Assembly: GCF_009914755.1 (NCBI RefSeq)
Contig: NC_060931.1
DNA length: 64,000 nucleotides
Origin: the human T2T-CHM13v2.0 reference genome, Homo sapiens
Reading direction: 5' to 3' (one strand)
Position numbers and translations under genes: made by a program. Shown piece after piece: positions 46,760-61,720 of the stretch. Each line of letters opens with the position of its first letter. Within the stretch, counting starts at the first letter, position 1. Below the pieces are notes generated by a model, which had not been told where the DNA came from, did not search any database, and saw nothing but the letters and a program-made list of their open reading frames with translations.

Positions 46760-47725
46760 TCAGAGAGACCACACCTCCGGGAGGCAAGAGGTTTGGCTTG
46801 ACCCGCCTGACTCCTGGAGGATGCCGGGTCCCTGGGGAGGAGCCCTGCGACCTTTGGGGAGCTAAGCCCTGAGTTGGAATGCAGGGAAACTGGTGGAAAT
46901 TCGAGTTCTATTCAGGTTTAGAAAAATCTAGGAGCTTCAGGTACCTGCTGAGAGCTGGCACGATCCTGGGGTTTCTGTGGGCAGCACAGAAAGGAATTGG
47001 CTGCAAGAAAGGGAGCCACCCTGGGTTCTGTGGTCTAGGGTGGCACCAACGACAGAAAATGGGCAGATGTGGCGAAGCCTTGTGAGTGGAAGCCACCACA
47101 ATGAGGCGCTGGGGAACCCGGAACGCGGGACCAGGAACCAAGCCGCAGTTAAATCAGGAGAGCCCTCTCAGCCCCTGACTCTGCGGTGCTGGGAAAGCCC
47201 TCATGAGCTGAGATGCATCTCAAGCTGTGGAAATGAGGGAGAACCTCGCTCAGAGATGGGTTCTGCTCCCAGTGGGACTTCAAGAAGAAATAAAATACAT
47301 TTTACAAGAATAAAGAAATATAAACTTCTTGCACACGACTTTGTGAACTAGACGTGGAATCCACTCTCCATAACGAAATGTGTTTGCACCTGAGAGGGGT
47401 CCCAGCAACAGTCAGGTTAACTGTTCCTGAAGTGCAGCCCAGACTCGGGAGTGCGCTCCCCAAGGTGCCCTCATCAGAGGCAAGTGTGCCAGCAGGAAGT
47501 CGCCCAGATGCCCAGATCCCCTAATCTGCTCAAAGGGTGTGATACCATCTCATAAGTTTACTACTTCATTACAAACAAAATTCCGCCAAGAGAATGTTTC
47601 ACAAGTAATTTCTATCTGTATTGTTCCACAGGAAGAGTTTCCACAATAAAATGAATGAATTTAATAACGCGACAAAAATATATTTCAGAGGTGAACTAGA
47701 ACAGGTGCTGTCAAGGTTTACTTAC

Positions 47726-47816
47726 AAAGAATCCCAGGAGAATGTAATCTGCAGGCACCTGACGGGGGAGATTCCCACAGCAATCAAGTATAATAAGTAT
47801 GGCAAAAAATGCTGAG
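47726..47816 (-). pseudogene. TMBIM7P: TMBIM7P exon 4
   Basis: cctccag|C...TTT|gtaagt; 91 nt, SAFFAILIILDCCGNLPRQVPADYILLGFF. Confidence 0.92.
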
Positions 47817-47927
47817 CTGGAGGATAATTTAAAACCACGTGTTATTTGCTTTCACAGACTATATCATAGCGTATATTATACAGAGATAAATAGATGTAGA
47901 TATAGATCATAGTAATACTTACCATGA

Positions 47928-48294
<367 letters not shown>

Positions 48295-48649
48295 TTCTTA
48301 GCTTTTAAAATTAACTTTTCTCATTTCCATCCACAGATAGCTTATGGGGCATTAAAATATTTTTATTTTAAAATAATTATAGATTCACAGGAAGTTGCAG
48401 AGAGATAAAGAGGTCCCGTGAAATCTTCACTTAGTTTCCCCCAGTGATTACATCTCATGTATTTATAGTACAGTACCAAAACCAGTAATTTGACATTGAT
48501 ACAGTGTATATATCATCTATGTCATCAAATTATGACACAAATCTATGTGCAGATGCCTGTAACCTCCATCACAATCAAGATTCAGAACTGTCTATCCTTC
48601 AAGAAAACATGCACAAAGACCTCTCTTATACTGCCCCAGCCCTGTATAG

Positions 48650-49138
48650 TGTGAAAGTCACCAGTGCCAAGATGGAGTCACTTAGGTCACACCCAGAATG
48701 GAGCCAGAGGTCATGAAGGAGGGGATCTCATATATCTGAGATAAGAACTAGCCCAAAGACCTTTTAAAAACACGCAAGAAATTTCTATATGCCCCACATG
48801 TCCCTACGTGTCCTGCCCACATGTCTATAATAGGGTATATCACAAAAAATTCCTCAAGATCGCAGCATTCCAGCCAAGCTGCTCTCACAAAAACACTTGC
48901 CTGGCAATGGCTGTCTCCACCAATGACTTAGCACCAGCTCCCGTGACAAGCCCCTTTGACCAATGATCTTTGTTTCAAAATAATTTACATAGACTTCTCT
49001 TTGCCTTTTAAAGGCTTCCTCTTATCCCAACCTCTCCATCATCCATCATGGCCCGTGTATCCCACCTGGCAATGCCCCTGCCACTTCCGAATACACTCTG
49101 CAGGAAGCCTCTCTCTCTATCGTTAATTTAGGTTGACA
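48650..49138 (+). mobile_element. Solo LTR (MER4-group-like) inserted in a reverse L1M fragment (~48350-49240)
   Basis: TGTGA...TGACA termini; 4-bp TSD atag (48646-48649, 49139-49142); caagatggagtcactt motif. Confidence 0.7.
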
Positions 49139-49322
49139 ATAGTAACACCCACACCCACACACTCAACCCTAACTCCTGACAGCCATTGATTTGTTTATTT
49201 TTCATCCCTATAATTGTATCATTTCAAGAATGCTGTACCTTGTACCTCATTTTGAATAGTAAAAGAATCTCAGGCAATAGACAGTAGAAAAAACATAACG
49301 TATTAAGTCCAATGACACTTAC

Positions 49323-49376
49323 AAGATTGCAGAGATGAACCAGGGATTTTTGAGCACCCAAACTTTTAAAGCCTCC
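49323..49376 (-). pseudogene. TMBIM7P: TMBIM7P exon 3
   Basis: ttaaccag|G...TT|gtaagt; 54 nt, (W)EALKVWVLKNPWFISAI(F). Confidence 0.88.
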
Positions 49377-49735
49377 CTGGTTAAAAAAAAATTTAATACA
49401 GTTTTACACAATAAATATTTCACTAACTAATATGATATTTAAGTAGAAGTAAAGCAATATCACGAGAAGAAAGGAAGAAACCCTAACTGATGAATAATGA
49501 TGGATGGGGAATGAAACAGTGAAACATTCTTTTTCTTAAAATAGATATATTCATAATAAGTTATAAGTAAAATTTGGATGAATGCAAATGTCCTAATAAA
49601 GGTTTTTATTTTTAAAATGCTGAGATTGATATGTGTGCAAAGCAAAAGAACTCAACTTCTCATCTGTTTGTTTTATAAATATAGTTTTTCTTAGGATATG
49701 TTTAAGCAGTGACAGATCATAGTCCCTCAAATAAG

Positions 49736-50038
49736 TTCTTTTTTTTGTCTTTTAGAGACACGGTCTTGCTCTGTTGCCCAGGCTGGAGTGCAGTGGCATG
49801 ATCGTGGCTCACTGCAGCCTTGAACTCATGGTCAAGCGTTCCTCTTGTCTCAACCTCCTGAATAGCTGGGACTACAGGCATGTGCCACCACATCTGGCTA
49901 ATTTTTATTTTTATTTTTGTAGAGATGGGGTTCTCACTATGTGGCCCAGGTTGGTCTCAAACTCCTGGCCTCAAGCAATCCTCCCACCTAGGCCTCCCAA
50001 AGCACTGGGATTGCAGGTGTGAATCACTGCACCCAGCC
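49736..50038 (-). mobile_element. Alu (AluJ-like)
   Basis: Reverse dimer; TSD ccctcaaataa. Confidence 0.93.
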
Positions 50039-50098
50039 CCCTCAAATAATTTCTGAATTTAACACTGTTCCAGCCTCCAAGGTCTCCATAATCTCACC

Positions 50099-50397
50099 TT
50101 TTTTTTTTTTTTCCTTGAGAGAGCATCTCGCTCTGTTGCCCAGGCTGGAGTGCAGTGGCTCAATCTTAGCTCATTACAACCTCCAACTCCCAAGTTCAAG
50201 CTATTCTCCTGACTCAGCCTCCTGAGTAGCTGGGGTTACAGACATCCACCACCACACCTGGCTAATTTTTGTATTTTTAGTAAAGACGGGGTTTTGCCAT
50301 TTTGGCCAGGCTGGTCTTGAACTTCTGATCTCAAGTGATCCGCCTGCCTCAGACTCCCAAAGTGCTCAGATTACAGATGTGAACCACCACGCCCAGC
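50099..50397 (-). mobile_element. Alu (AluS-like)
   Basis: Reverse dimer; TSD ctcacctttt. Confidence 0.93.
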
Positions 50398-50679
50398 TCA
50401 CCTTTTCTTCTCTATCCAGTTTTAACTGTTGAAACAGCTCAGGAGAAAATAAAAAAGAAAGCAGTGTCCAAAATAAGAGTTTTAAAAAAGTTTTTTTGCT
50501 TCGGTTAGGAAATGAAAGTAAAATTCTAGAAATCTGCCACCACCTTGGTCTAGGAGTTGCCTCAGGAAAACAAAAACAGACAAACTATTCTTAAATGATC
50601 AAAATTAAATTAAGCTGATTCAATAAAAATTAATGTGAACAACCTAACACTTAATTCTACATCAGTCATAAAGACTTAC

Positions 50680-50758
50680 CAGAAAATAAACACACTGGTA
50701 ATTACCACAGTGAGCAACAACTGAACTGACAGGAGGAAGAACACTTTGATAATGAAAG
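50680..50758 (-). pseudogene. TMBIM7P: TMBIM7P exon 2 (first TM helix)
   Basis: ctcctcag|CT...TG|gtaagt; 79 nt, AFIIKVFFLLSVQLLLTVVITSVFIFW. Confidence 0.93.
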
Positions 50759-51023
50759 CTGAGGAGACAGAAACACTATTTTTATGACACAATAGTCAAA
50801 AGTAACAACATAAATGTAATGACGTATTTTTGATATTTAATGAAAGGAATTTTTTTTTTTTTGCTCTTTTTTCAGGATGGGAAAGGCAGTGCTAGTTTAC
50901 AGTCAGCAAATAGAATAACAACAAAAATGCAGCTCTATAGAACTTTTAGAGCACACTCAATCCAGATGGTTGGATAGAGGTGTTTTATTGGGGATCTGAT
51001 GGTTTATTCATGGGAGCTCCAGA

Positions 51024-51386
<363 letters not shown>

Positions 51387-52069
51387 TAATTCCTTGTCAT
51401 GCACATCCCATCCTCCTTAGGATCAAACATGATTTGAAATCCTCACCATGTCACAGGCCCATCATTAGGGATCCAGCGACACTACCTCCCTGCATCGGAG
51501 AGCAGCAGCACCTCAGGACTGTGGGAGACGGGGGGGCGTCTCCCTGGAGATGGACTTGGGCTGCAGAGGGTTTGTAGAGCTTTTCTGCCACTTTTCTCTC
51601 CAGCCTACCCGCCTGTAGAAACTCTCTTCTCTTCTGCATTCTGATGCAGAAATAGATAACTTGGCGAACTGTACATGAGACCAAAGAGTTCCAAGAGAAT
51701 GACAGGCCAACATACAAGGCACAGCACGTGGGCACCTCTTTCTGCTTATGTCCTGGGCCCTCTGAATATGGCACTGGCAATGGCAATTTGCCTTTTGTGT
51801 GGCTTTATCCCAATTTCAAAGAAAAAAAAGAAGTAATGCTGCTTAAAATTAACTTACAGGATCGTCGACTGTCCTTTTGCTGGGAAGTTTCTATGCATAG
51901 GGAAGTATGACTACAAAGCAGTGGGTCTAAACTGTCTTAATAAAAATACCAGAACATATATTACCAAGTGTATGCTGCCTACATTAAAATATTCATTTAG
52001 CTCACATTAATTTGGCATCTGCTATGTAGCAGGGACTGTGGGGGAACAAATATTAAATGTGGCCCAGGC

Positions 52070-53410
52070 TCACAAGAACAGACACAGAGATCAATGGAAT
52101 CAAAGTGACAGTCCAGAAACAAACCTTTATATTTACGGTCAATTGATTTTTAACAAATGTGCCAGGAAAATTCAATGAAGAAAGAATAATCGTTTTGACA
52201 AATGGTGCTGGGAAGACTGGATATACACCTACAAAAGGATGAATTTGGATCCCCAACTAACACCAACTGCAAGCCATAACATGCAGTCATAATGGCCATA
52301 GCAGCCTCAGCTACCATCTCATTGTAAGTGAATGAGAGCTCCCAATTCAAGAGCAGCACAAGAGTTGACCAACTGAGTCAACCCACAGAATTATGAGAGA
52401 TAATAAAATGGTTGCTGCTTTCTTTAAGTGGGCAAAGGATTTGAATAGACATTCCTCCAAAGAAGACATATGAATGACCAATAAGTATAAGAGAAAATTC
52501 GCTAATGAAATGCAAGTCAAAAGTACAATGAGATAACACTTCACGAACACTAGAATGGCTATAACCAAAAAGACAGACAATAACAAGTGTTGACAAGGAT
52601 GCAGAGAAACAGGAGCCCTCATACATTGCTGCTTGGAATGTAAAATGGTGCAGCCACTTTGGAAAAGTTTGGCAGTTCATCAAAATGTGAAACACAGAGT
52701 TACCCTATGGTTCAGCAATTCCTGGGTATCTACCCAAGAGAAATGAAAACATATGTCTACACAAAAACTTCAATATGAATGTTGATTGCAGCATTATTCA
52801 AAATAACCTAAAGGTAGAAACAATCTAATTGTCTGTCAACTGATAAATGTATAAACAAATGTTTTCTATTCAGGCAATGGAATTGTATACGGCTCATTCA
52901 TAAAAGGAATGAAATACTGACACGTGCTACAACATGGGAGAACCTCAAAAACATTAAGTGAAAGAAGGAAATCACAAAAGACCACATGTTGTATGATTCC
53001 ATTTACATGAAATGTTCAAAATAGATTCATAGAGAGGTCTGAAAGTAGATTAGTAGTTGGCAGGGGTTTGGGGGAGGGATGATGGGAGTAACTGCCAATG
53101 GGTATGGGTTTCTTTTCTTTTTTTTTTTTTCCTTTAGTAAAGATGGTGTTTCACCATGCTGCCCAGGTTGGTTTTGAACTCCTGACCTCAAGTGATCTGC
53201 CTGCCTCGAACTCCCAAAGTTCTGGGATTACAGGCATGAGCCACTGCGCCTAGTCTGGGTATGGGTTTCTGTTTGAGGTGACGAAAATGTTCGAAAATTG
53301 ATCATGTTGATGGTTATCAACTCTAAATACACAAAATACCAGTGAATTGTACACTGAAAAGGGATTTTTATGATTTGCAAATTATATCTCCATAATACTG
53401 CTTTAAAAAA
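52070..53410 (+). mobile_element. Old L1M 3' portion with nested MaLR piece (~52255-52420) and reverse Alu arm (~53108-53256)
   Basis: ORF2 C-terminal remnants and L1MB-type 3' UTR; gggtatgggtttct duplicated around the Alu arm. Confidence 0.8.
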
Positions 53411-54465
53411 TTACAGCCCCCATAACTCAATCCATTACCCTGCTATACTTTTCCTTTTCTCCACAACACTTTCATATTTTCATATACTATATTTTTTTTA
53501 ATTGGACAAAGGCCAGCCTCTGCCCTCCAGGAGAGGCAGATATAAACAACTGACTCTTACACTGGCAAGGAGGCTCTACATATTTTTCAATTAGACCTGA
53601 AAGACTAATTCGATTAGACTCCTTAAGCCTCATTTTCTCACCTGTAAAATGGCAATACAACTTCTGTATTTGTAGGGTTGTTGTAAGGACGAAACGCAAT
53701 AGCATTGCCCTTGCACAACACCCTGTGTAGGCCTGATATTGATCTCAGAGACAGCCAGGTGCTTAGTGATATCCAATATCCCTGGCTTCCTCACTATTTG
53801 ACCCAGATCTTGTTAAGGGTGGCAATGGGCTCAGCTGAACAACTCCAAATAGAGGTGGCCATGTGATACAGGTGGGTCAATGACATGGCATTCAAAACTC
53901 TGGGTGTGGTTTCTAGAAATGCCTCTGAAAAGAAGACTGGTTTGGTCAACTCTCAGGATACCTGCAGCCCTCTCTTGGCTCTACTTTGCCTTTGGCTGTT
54001 TGCCTTTTCCTTCTCCTACCTCAAAGGCTAGAGCTTCAAAAGGCAGCTTTCCAGCCACAGGAAAGGAGTGGTGAGGGCCACAGGGAGACCAATAGGATTC
54101 AAAGCTCACAGTCCACCTGCAAGTTGTTCAGGCCCTCAGAAGGCCTCAGGGTGGCAGAGTGGACACTTTAAAACTTAAGCCAATATTGTGGTATCACCTT
54201 GTATACAAGTAAAAACATTTTATGATCCATGATTAATTCATATTTCCTTAAAAAAAAAAGTTATTCACCATACGTTTCTTATGAGTTTCTGAATGCCCTG
54301 GACAACTTGGAAGCAGTCAGTTATAGCAGTCCTACATCATATTTTATGAGAAAGCATGACTCAGAAAAACTAAAAAAAAAATTATATCTGACAATCTTCT
54401 CTGTGGAAACATTTTAAGAGAACATATGCTCTTCTCTTCTAAAAAGGTAATTTCTTTATTCTCAC

Positions 54466-54740
54466 CTCTGCGGACAGATGCGTCTGAGAAAGGATTGCCT
54501 AAAGTTGCATTGTTATCACCTGGGGTGACGTCATCTGAAATTTCTATCACACAGGTATTCAACTGCTCGGTGTCCTTTGGCCGTGGCTTCTTCCGAGTTT
54601 CTTGTGGCCCAGCTGAAGATGAAGGTGTGTAGCGCTCACCAGATTGGGACTGGATGCTTTTATCTGCTGCTTCCTGAATCAGATGTTGATGACCTCCAGA
54701 ACCAAAGTCTATTGGTTCGCTGACCTCCAAGTCCAATTTC
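54466..54740 (-). pseudogene. TMBIM7P: TMBIM7P first coding-type exon (hydrophilic N-terminus)
   Basis: cccctctag|GAAA TTG GAC...CGC AGA G|gtgaga; (L/M)DLEVSEPIDFG...NPFSDASVRR; phase 1 joins exon 2. Confidence 0.85.
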
Positions 54741-55063
54741 CTAGAGGGGAAGAATTGTTTTTCATGTCCTTATGATTACACCTCTACAACCTTAGCATCC
54801 TCAGAATCATCAGGCGATTTCTTCTTAATTGTAACTGGCTTGGCTCAGTACTTACCAAGTTGGTGCTTAGTAAATATTTGTTAAATGAATGATAACATTT
54901 AAGATGAAACCCATAGAGTAAAATAATTTGATTGTATTATGAAATTAATTTTTTAATAGAATTTATTCAGCAAAAACTTAATGAGTGCCAAGCATGAAGC
55001 TGCCCTTGCTGTCTCTGCCCTCAAAGAGCTTATATTTTGGAAGAGAGTATAATCAAGCAATCA

Positions 55064-55471
<408 letters not shown>

Positions 55472-55740
55472 TCAAAAGCTTCCAGAGAAACTGAAAGTTA
55501 GGCCATGGCTGGAAGCGAGTAGGGATTAGTCAAGTGAAGAGGTGGGGAGAGGTTTTCCAGACAAGGAACCAGCCTGGACCAGGACTGGAGAAGGCAGGGA
55601 GGGCAAGTTCCAGAAACGTACCTGGAGCAGGGAGTTTGAAGGGGAGAGTGGAATGAGGTTACACAGAGAAGTAGTGGGCATGCCTCTGAGAGGCTGGCAA
55701 GCCAAGTTAAGGACTCTGGACTTCATCCTGAAGGCCATGG

Positions 55741-56260
55741 GTGTGATTGGCAGAATGGCAGTTCCCCAGTGATGTCCACGTCCTAGTTTTTGGAACCTGT
55801 GTCTATGTTATCTTGCATGTCAAAAGGAACATTGCAGGTGTAATTAAGTTAAGGACTTTGGGATGGGGAGATTATCCTAGATTATCTGGGTTGGCCCAAT
55901 CAAATCACAAAGATTATTATGATTATAGGTATAACAAGGTGGCAGGAGGAACAGAGTCAGAGAAGGAGATGTGACAACAGAAGTAGAGGTCAGAGTGATA
56001 CAATTGTTGTCTTTGAAGATGGAAGAAGGGGGCCATGAGCCAAGGAACGCAGGTGGCCTCTAGAAGTTGGAAAAGGCAAAGAAATGGCTTTTCCTCTACA
56101 GCCTCCAGGAAGGAACCAGCCCTGCCAGAACCTGGATTTTAGCCTAGTGAGATTGGTTTTAGGCTTATGACCTCCAGAACTGTAAGATAATAAATGTGTG
56201 TTGTTTTAAGTCATTCAGTTTGTGGCAATTTGCAACAGCAGCAACAGGAAACTAATACAA
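55741..56260 (+). mobile_element. MaLR LTR (MLT1C/D-like)
   Basis: gccatgagccaaggaacgcaggtggcctctagaagttgg...gacctccagaactgtaagataataaatgtgtgttgttttaag...aactaataca. Confidence 0.85.
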
Positions 56261-56452
56261 TGGGGAATCAAGGAAGGTTTCCCAGCAGGGACCCATGGAG
56301 ATCTCCTAGAAAGAAAGGTTACTCTAGGTAGTGTGGAGAATGGGCCAGACTAAGCCAAACTGAGGCAGAGACCAGAAATCCAGATATGAGATGGCAGTGG
56401 CTTTGCCACAGTGCCTTCCAGTCTGAACACAGTTCTTAAGAAACTACTACTA

Positions 56453-56522
56453 GGCCGGGCACGGTAGCTTATGCCTGTAATCCCCGCATGGGCAACAAGA
56501 GCAAAACTCTGTCTCAAAAAAA
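56453..56522 (+). mobile_element. Internally deleted Alu (5' ~32 nt fused to 3' end)
   Basis: ggccgggcacggtagcttatgcctgtaatccc joined to tgggcaacaagagcaaaactctgtctc plus A tail. Confidence 0.8.
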
Positions 56523-56562
56523 CACAACTGCTTGGCAGATTTGGGGTACAGGAGCACTTTAG

Positions 56563-56887
<325 letters not shown>

Positions 56888-56988
56888 CAAAATGCTAAAT
56901 TTTAAGTGTAATATTTGTGATATTTACTATACTGTAAGAAGAACTTTAACAAAGAAAAGATGGGCAACCCAGTAAGAAGATGAGAAAA

Positions 56989-57276
56989 GGCAGGCACAAT
57001 GACTTACAACTGTAATTTCAATGTTTTTGGAGGCCAAGGTGGGAGGATTGATTGCTTGAGTCCAGGAGTTTGAGACCAGCCTGGGCAACATAGTGAGATC
57101 CCATTTCTAAAAAAAAAAAAATTAGCCAGGCATGGTGACATGTGCCTGTAGTTCCAGCTACTCAGCTGGCTGAAATGGGAGGATTTCTTTAGCCCAAAAG
57201 TTCAAGGCTGCAGTGAGCTATGATTGTGCCACTACACTCCAGCTTGGGCAACAGAGCAAGATCTTGTCTCTAAAAC
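56989..57276 (+). mobile_element. Alu (AluJ-like, diverged)
   Basis: Dimer. Confidence 0.88.
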
Positions 57277-58893
57277 AAAGAGAGAGACAGAAAAGAACAT
57301 AAATAGGCAATTCATATGGTCAATAAACTTAGGAGACAATACCTCACAAATAACCAAAGAACTGCAAGTAAAAACTAAAAAGACTGGCAAAGATTAAAAA
57401 GATAAGTCTCAGAATTGCAAGGCTGTGAAGAGATAGATAATAGAGAATCCAGGGCCACAAAATGACCTCCATGGACCCTATACATGTTTTTGTTCATGGG
57501 TCCTTTCCTCCAAAAAAATACTAAAAATTATATGTTACGAGTGAATTGGTGTAAAGATGAATATAATCCTCTCTGGAGTCATTATATATTATATATTCAT
57601 TATTATATTCACTTTTTTCTCCTGCTTTAAAAAATTAAAATGTGTTTATGGCCCCTAAAACTATCGTGAGTCCTAGGCACTGGTCCTACTCGCCTAGTAA
57701 GTATCAGTCCTGGGACACCTTCATGGGGGCATAAACGTTTGGGGGGTGGGTGGCAATTTAGCAGCATCTATCAGAATTCAAAATGTGTCTTACTTTAGAC
57801 CCAACAGTTACATTTTTTGAAATTTATCCCATAAACCTTTCCATACAAATAGGCAAAGATACATGTATAAGGAAGTTCATTACACCATTCATTGTTTGTA
57901 ACTACAAAAAATTTTTAAACAGTTTAAATATCCATCAGCAGGGGAATGGTTAAATTAATTTTGGCACAGGAAAAGGCAGATATAAATGGATTGATGTGGA
58001 GAGTTCACTGTTACACACTTTTAAATTTAAAAACTAACATTAGAAAATAACATTGAGCAAGATCACATTAATGTTGTACATACACCCACACATACACACA
58101 CACTTCCCGAGACTGGAAAGTTACACTATAAACTGTTCATATGATCATCTCTAACCCAGCAGAGTTGGGAAACACACTCTGAATAGTATGAATTTTTACA
58201 ATGAGCATCTATTACTTATATAATAACGGAAAAAGATATTTACATTGTGAAGAGAAAAGGAAATATTTCTCTTTTTGATAAAGTTTGGACTCCTCCGAGG
58301 AAAGCAGTCTTCACGCAGAGCTGAGAGGCACTAGAGGATGCTCAGATAACCAAGTTGATTTCCTCTCCAGTGTCTTGCAAATCAGAAGGGGCAGAGGCAG
58401 CAAGATTTTCAAAGCACTCAAAAACAAAACAAAACAAAAAACAAAGCCACAGGCAACTGAATTTTCCTCATGCAACTGTATTTGGCTGGTGCCTGAATCA
58501 CAAAATGAGGCTTTCACTTGGCCCTCAAGTAGCTCTCCCAGCTCCTGAGCCAGTGGTCGGTCATCCAAAGCCTGGGCAGGTGCTGGGACTGAGAGGCAAT
58601 GTTCTGAGCGACAATTAGGAGAGTGGCAGTTGGAGCATGGGTGGACCTAGGTGGAGGGGCCCTAAGTCAAGCGCTATCTGCCAAGCCTCATTCTGGTCAA
58701 AGAGGCATGCCAATGCACTCCTTATTGCCTTAGGCAAGACTGCACCCAAATCTCCAAACCGATTCCATGTCAGGGAACAAGAGGCTCCTGGAGGACGTGG
58801 TGTGTCTCAACCATGTCATCACTGTCTCCTAAGCAGGAGGAAGATGTTTATGAAACTCCACCAGAGGAGCCCATCAGAGATCCTGCACAGTTA

Positions 58894-59224
58894 TTATGTT
58901 GGCGCAAAGGTAATTGTGGTTTTGGCCATTAAAAGTAATGGCAAGGCCAGGCTCAGTGGTTCATGCCTGTAATCCTAGCACTTTGGGAGGCCGAGGTGGG
59001 TGGTTCACCTGAGGTCAGGAGCTGAAGCCCAGCCTGGCCAAGATGGTGAAACCCCATCTCTACTAAAAATACAAAAATTAGCTGGGCGTGGTGGAAGGCG
59101 CCTGTAATCCTAGCTACTCGGGAGGCTGAGGCAGAGAATTGCTTGAACCTGGGAGGCAGAGGTTGTAGTGAGCCGAGATTGTGCCACTGCATTCCAGCCT
59201 GGGTGACAGAGCGAGACTCCGTCT

Positions 59225-59264
<40 letters not shown>

Positions 59265-59300
59265 ATGGTGAAAGCTGCAATTACTTTTGCATCAACCTGA
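58894..59300. mobile_element. MADE1 (Hsmar1-derived MITE) split by an Alu
   Basis: ttatgttggcgcaaaggtaattgtggttttggccattaaaagtaatggcaa ... gctgcaattacttttgcatcaacctga; TA dinucleotides at both ends. Confidence 0.88.
58945..59262 (+). mobile_element. Alu (AluSx-like) with long A tail
   Basis: Dimer inside MADE1. Confidence 0.95.
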
Positions 59301-59769
59301 TATTTCAAATAAGTAAGACTTGTGTGTGATAAAGTGTGCATTGTTTTTTCTGGTGAATGATGATGATGTTGGTACAGGGAGATGGCTACCCGTGGGCTGC
59401 AGGACAGTGAGGAGTCGTGGAGGGGCCCGATTCAGGCAGTGTGGCGGGAGAAGTCAGACGACCAGGCAGGGACAGCTGGGATGAGCTCCTCTTCCTGGAA
59501 TTTCTAGGCAGGGAGGGGAGTGGGAGCAGAAACTTGTCCTGAATAGAGGCTGCTGCTGAGAAAAGGCTAACTGATACATTAACCCATTCATTAAACTGCT
59601 AATTAGTGCATGCCTACTGTGCGCAAGGAGCAGAGAAGTGGAAGAAACAAAAGAAGAAAAGGCCATACTTCCTGTCTTCAAGATGTTTATAGTCAGTTGA
59701 AGGAGACACAAAAGTGAATGCCTAAGAGAGAAGGAAGAGCAATAGAAAGGAACAGCTACATAATGGATT

Positions 59770-59895
59770 CTGGGCTTCATACCAAGGTGATGGGTTGATC
59801 TGTGCAGCAAACCACCATGGCATACATTTACCTATGTAACAAACCTGCACATCCTGCACATGTACCCTGGAACTTAAAAGTTGAAGAAAAAAAAG
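59770..59895 (+). mobile_element. Short L1PA 3' end fragment
   Basis: gtgcagcaaaccaccatggca...cacatcctgcacatgtaccctggaacttaaaa. Confidence 0.85.
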
Positions 59896-60726
59896 GAGAG
59901 ATAAAGAAATAAACAGCTATGTAAAGTCAGGGAGTTGGGAAAGGAGATGTAACTTCCATCATGGGCCTGAGCCGATTCTTGAGAGATGGTCAGGGCTGGG
60001 TATGAAGAGTTGGGAGGAGACACATTCCAGGCACCGAGAACACCCTGAGCCAAGGCATGAGGGTGAGAACTGTGGGGCACACACTCCACATAGAAAGCAG
60101 TGCCATTAGGTTATAACATAGAAGGTGTGCCTGCAATGGAAGACACAAATGTCATGTGTACCTCCTGAAACTAAAAAACAAAAGGTTTCTAGGAATATCT
60201 GCCCTGGTTCTCCTCCCTCAAACCTTCTAGCAGTTTCACAAGTCTCTCTCATTTTCTCCCTGTCCAGTCCTCAGTATCTCTCTCTAGTTTGCTGATGTAA
60301 ATAGGGAATTTGAGTTAATTTTTTCCAAAATGTAATTAACATGATTTACATGATTACATGTGAGGGGTATAATTAATGACTTGACCAAGATCCAGTCAAA
60401 AGAAATGCTTCCTCCTTCTTTCTTATCAGCCTCATAGTTGACATTAACAAGGCACTTACTAGATGTAAAAGTTGTTGATAACTTCACATGAACTACTTTG
60501 TATAATCCTCATATCAACCCTACAGGGTATGTTCTCTTGCTCTCCTCATTTAACAGTTATGTAAACAGAGGCTCAGTGGCAGTGTTCCCCCAACCCGGGA
60601 GATATCCAGGAGAAGGGTGCACAGTCAAGGAATTCCACATCTGCCCATACTCGTCAAGACACAAAATGTGGTGGATGTGATCTCTTTGGAAACATAGAAA
60701 TATAGAAAATATGCATGCATATTTTA

Positions 60727-60960
60727 TGTATCTGCTTTTTTTTTTTACTCTTAAGAGTTTTAATTAATGAACCTTGTAACATTTAAATCATGCAAATTAG
60801 ACTGCATGCAGGCACTGACAATCCCCTGGGGAATTCGGCATTCCTCTTTTTCCCTTATTGTGAAATTTAAGGCCATAGGAGGTATTTATTTTTGTGTCCA
60901 CAGCTTACACACACACCACCATCACCACCACCAGAATTTTCTCAGCCATTCCATAGGTAC
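60727..60960 (+). repeat. Inverted repeat, left arm (234 bp)
   Basis: Reverse complement of 61971-62203; six substitutions and one T-run indel counted by eye. Confidence 0.97.
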
Positions 60961-61011
60961 CAAATTGTCTCTATGAGCTCTGGATCCAGGCTGAGTATCT
61001 CTCATTGCATC

Positions 61012-61720
<709 letters not shown>

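Noticed and set aside
54526-54533. Perfect CRE palindrome TGACGTCA
   Set aside because: A single 8-mer inside a coding-type exon (DDVT codons); expected by chance at this window size.
54846-54860. Minus-strand donor-like ttg|gtaagt ~115 nt upstream of the first TMBIM7P acceptor
   Set aside because: Lies next to L2/MIR-like sequence with no supportable exon or promoter; the true upstream exon cannot be placed from sequence alone.
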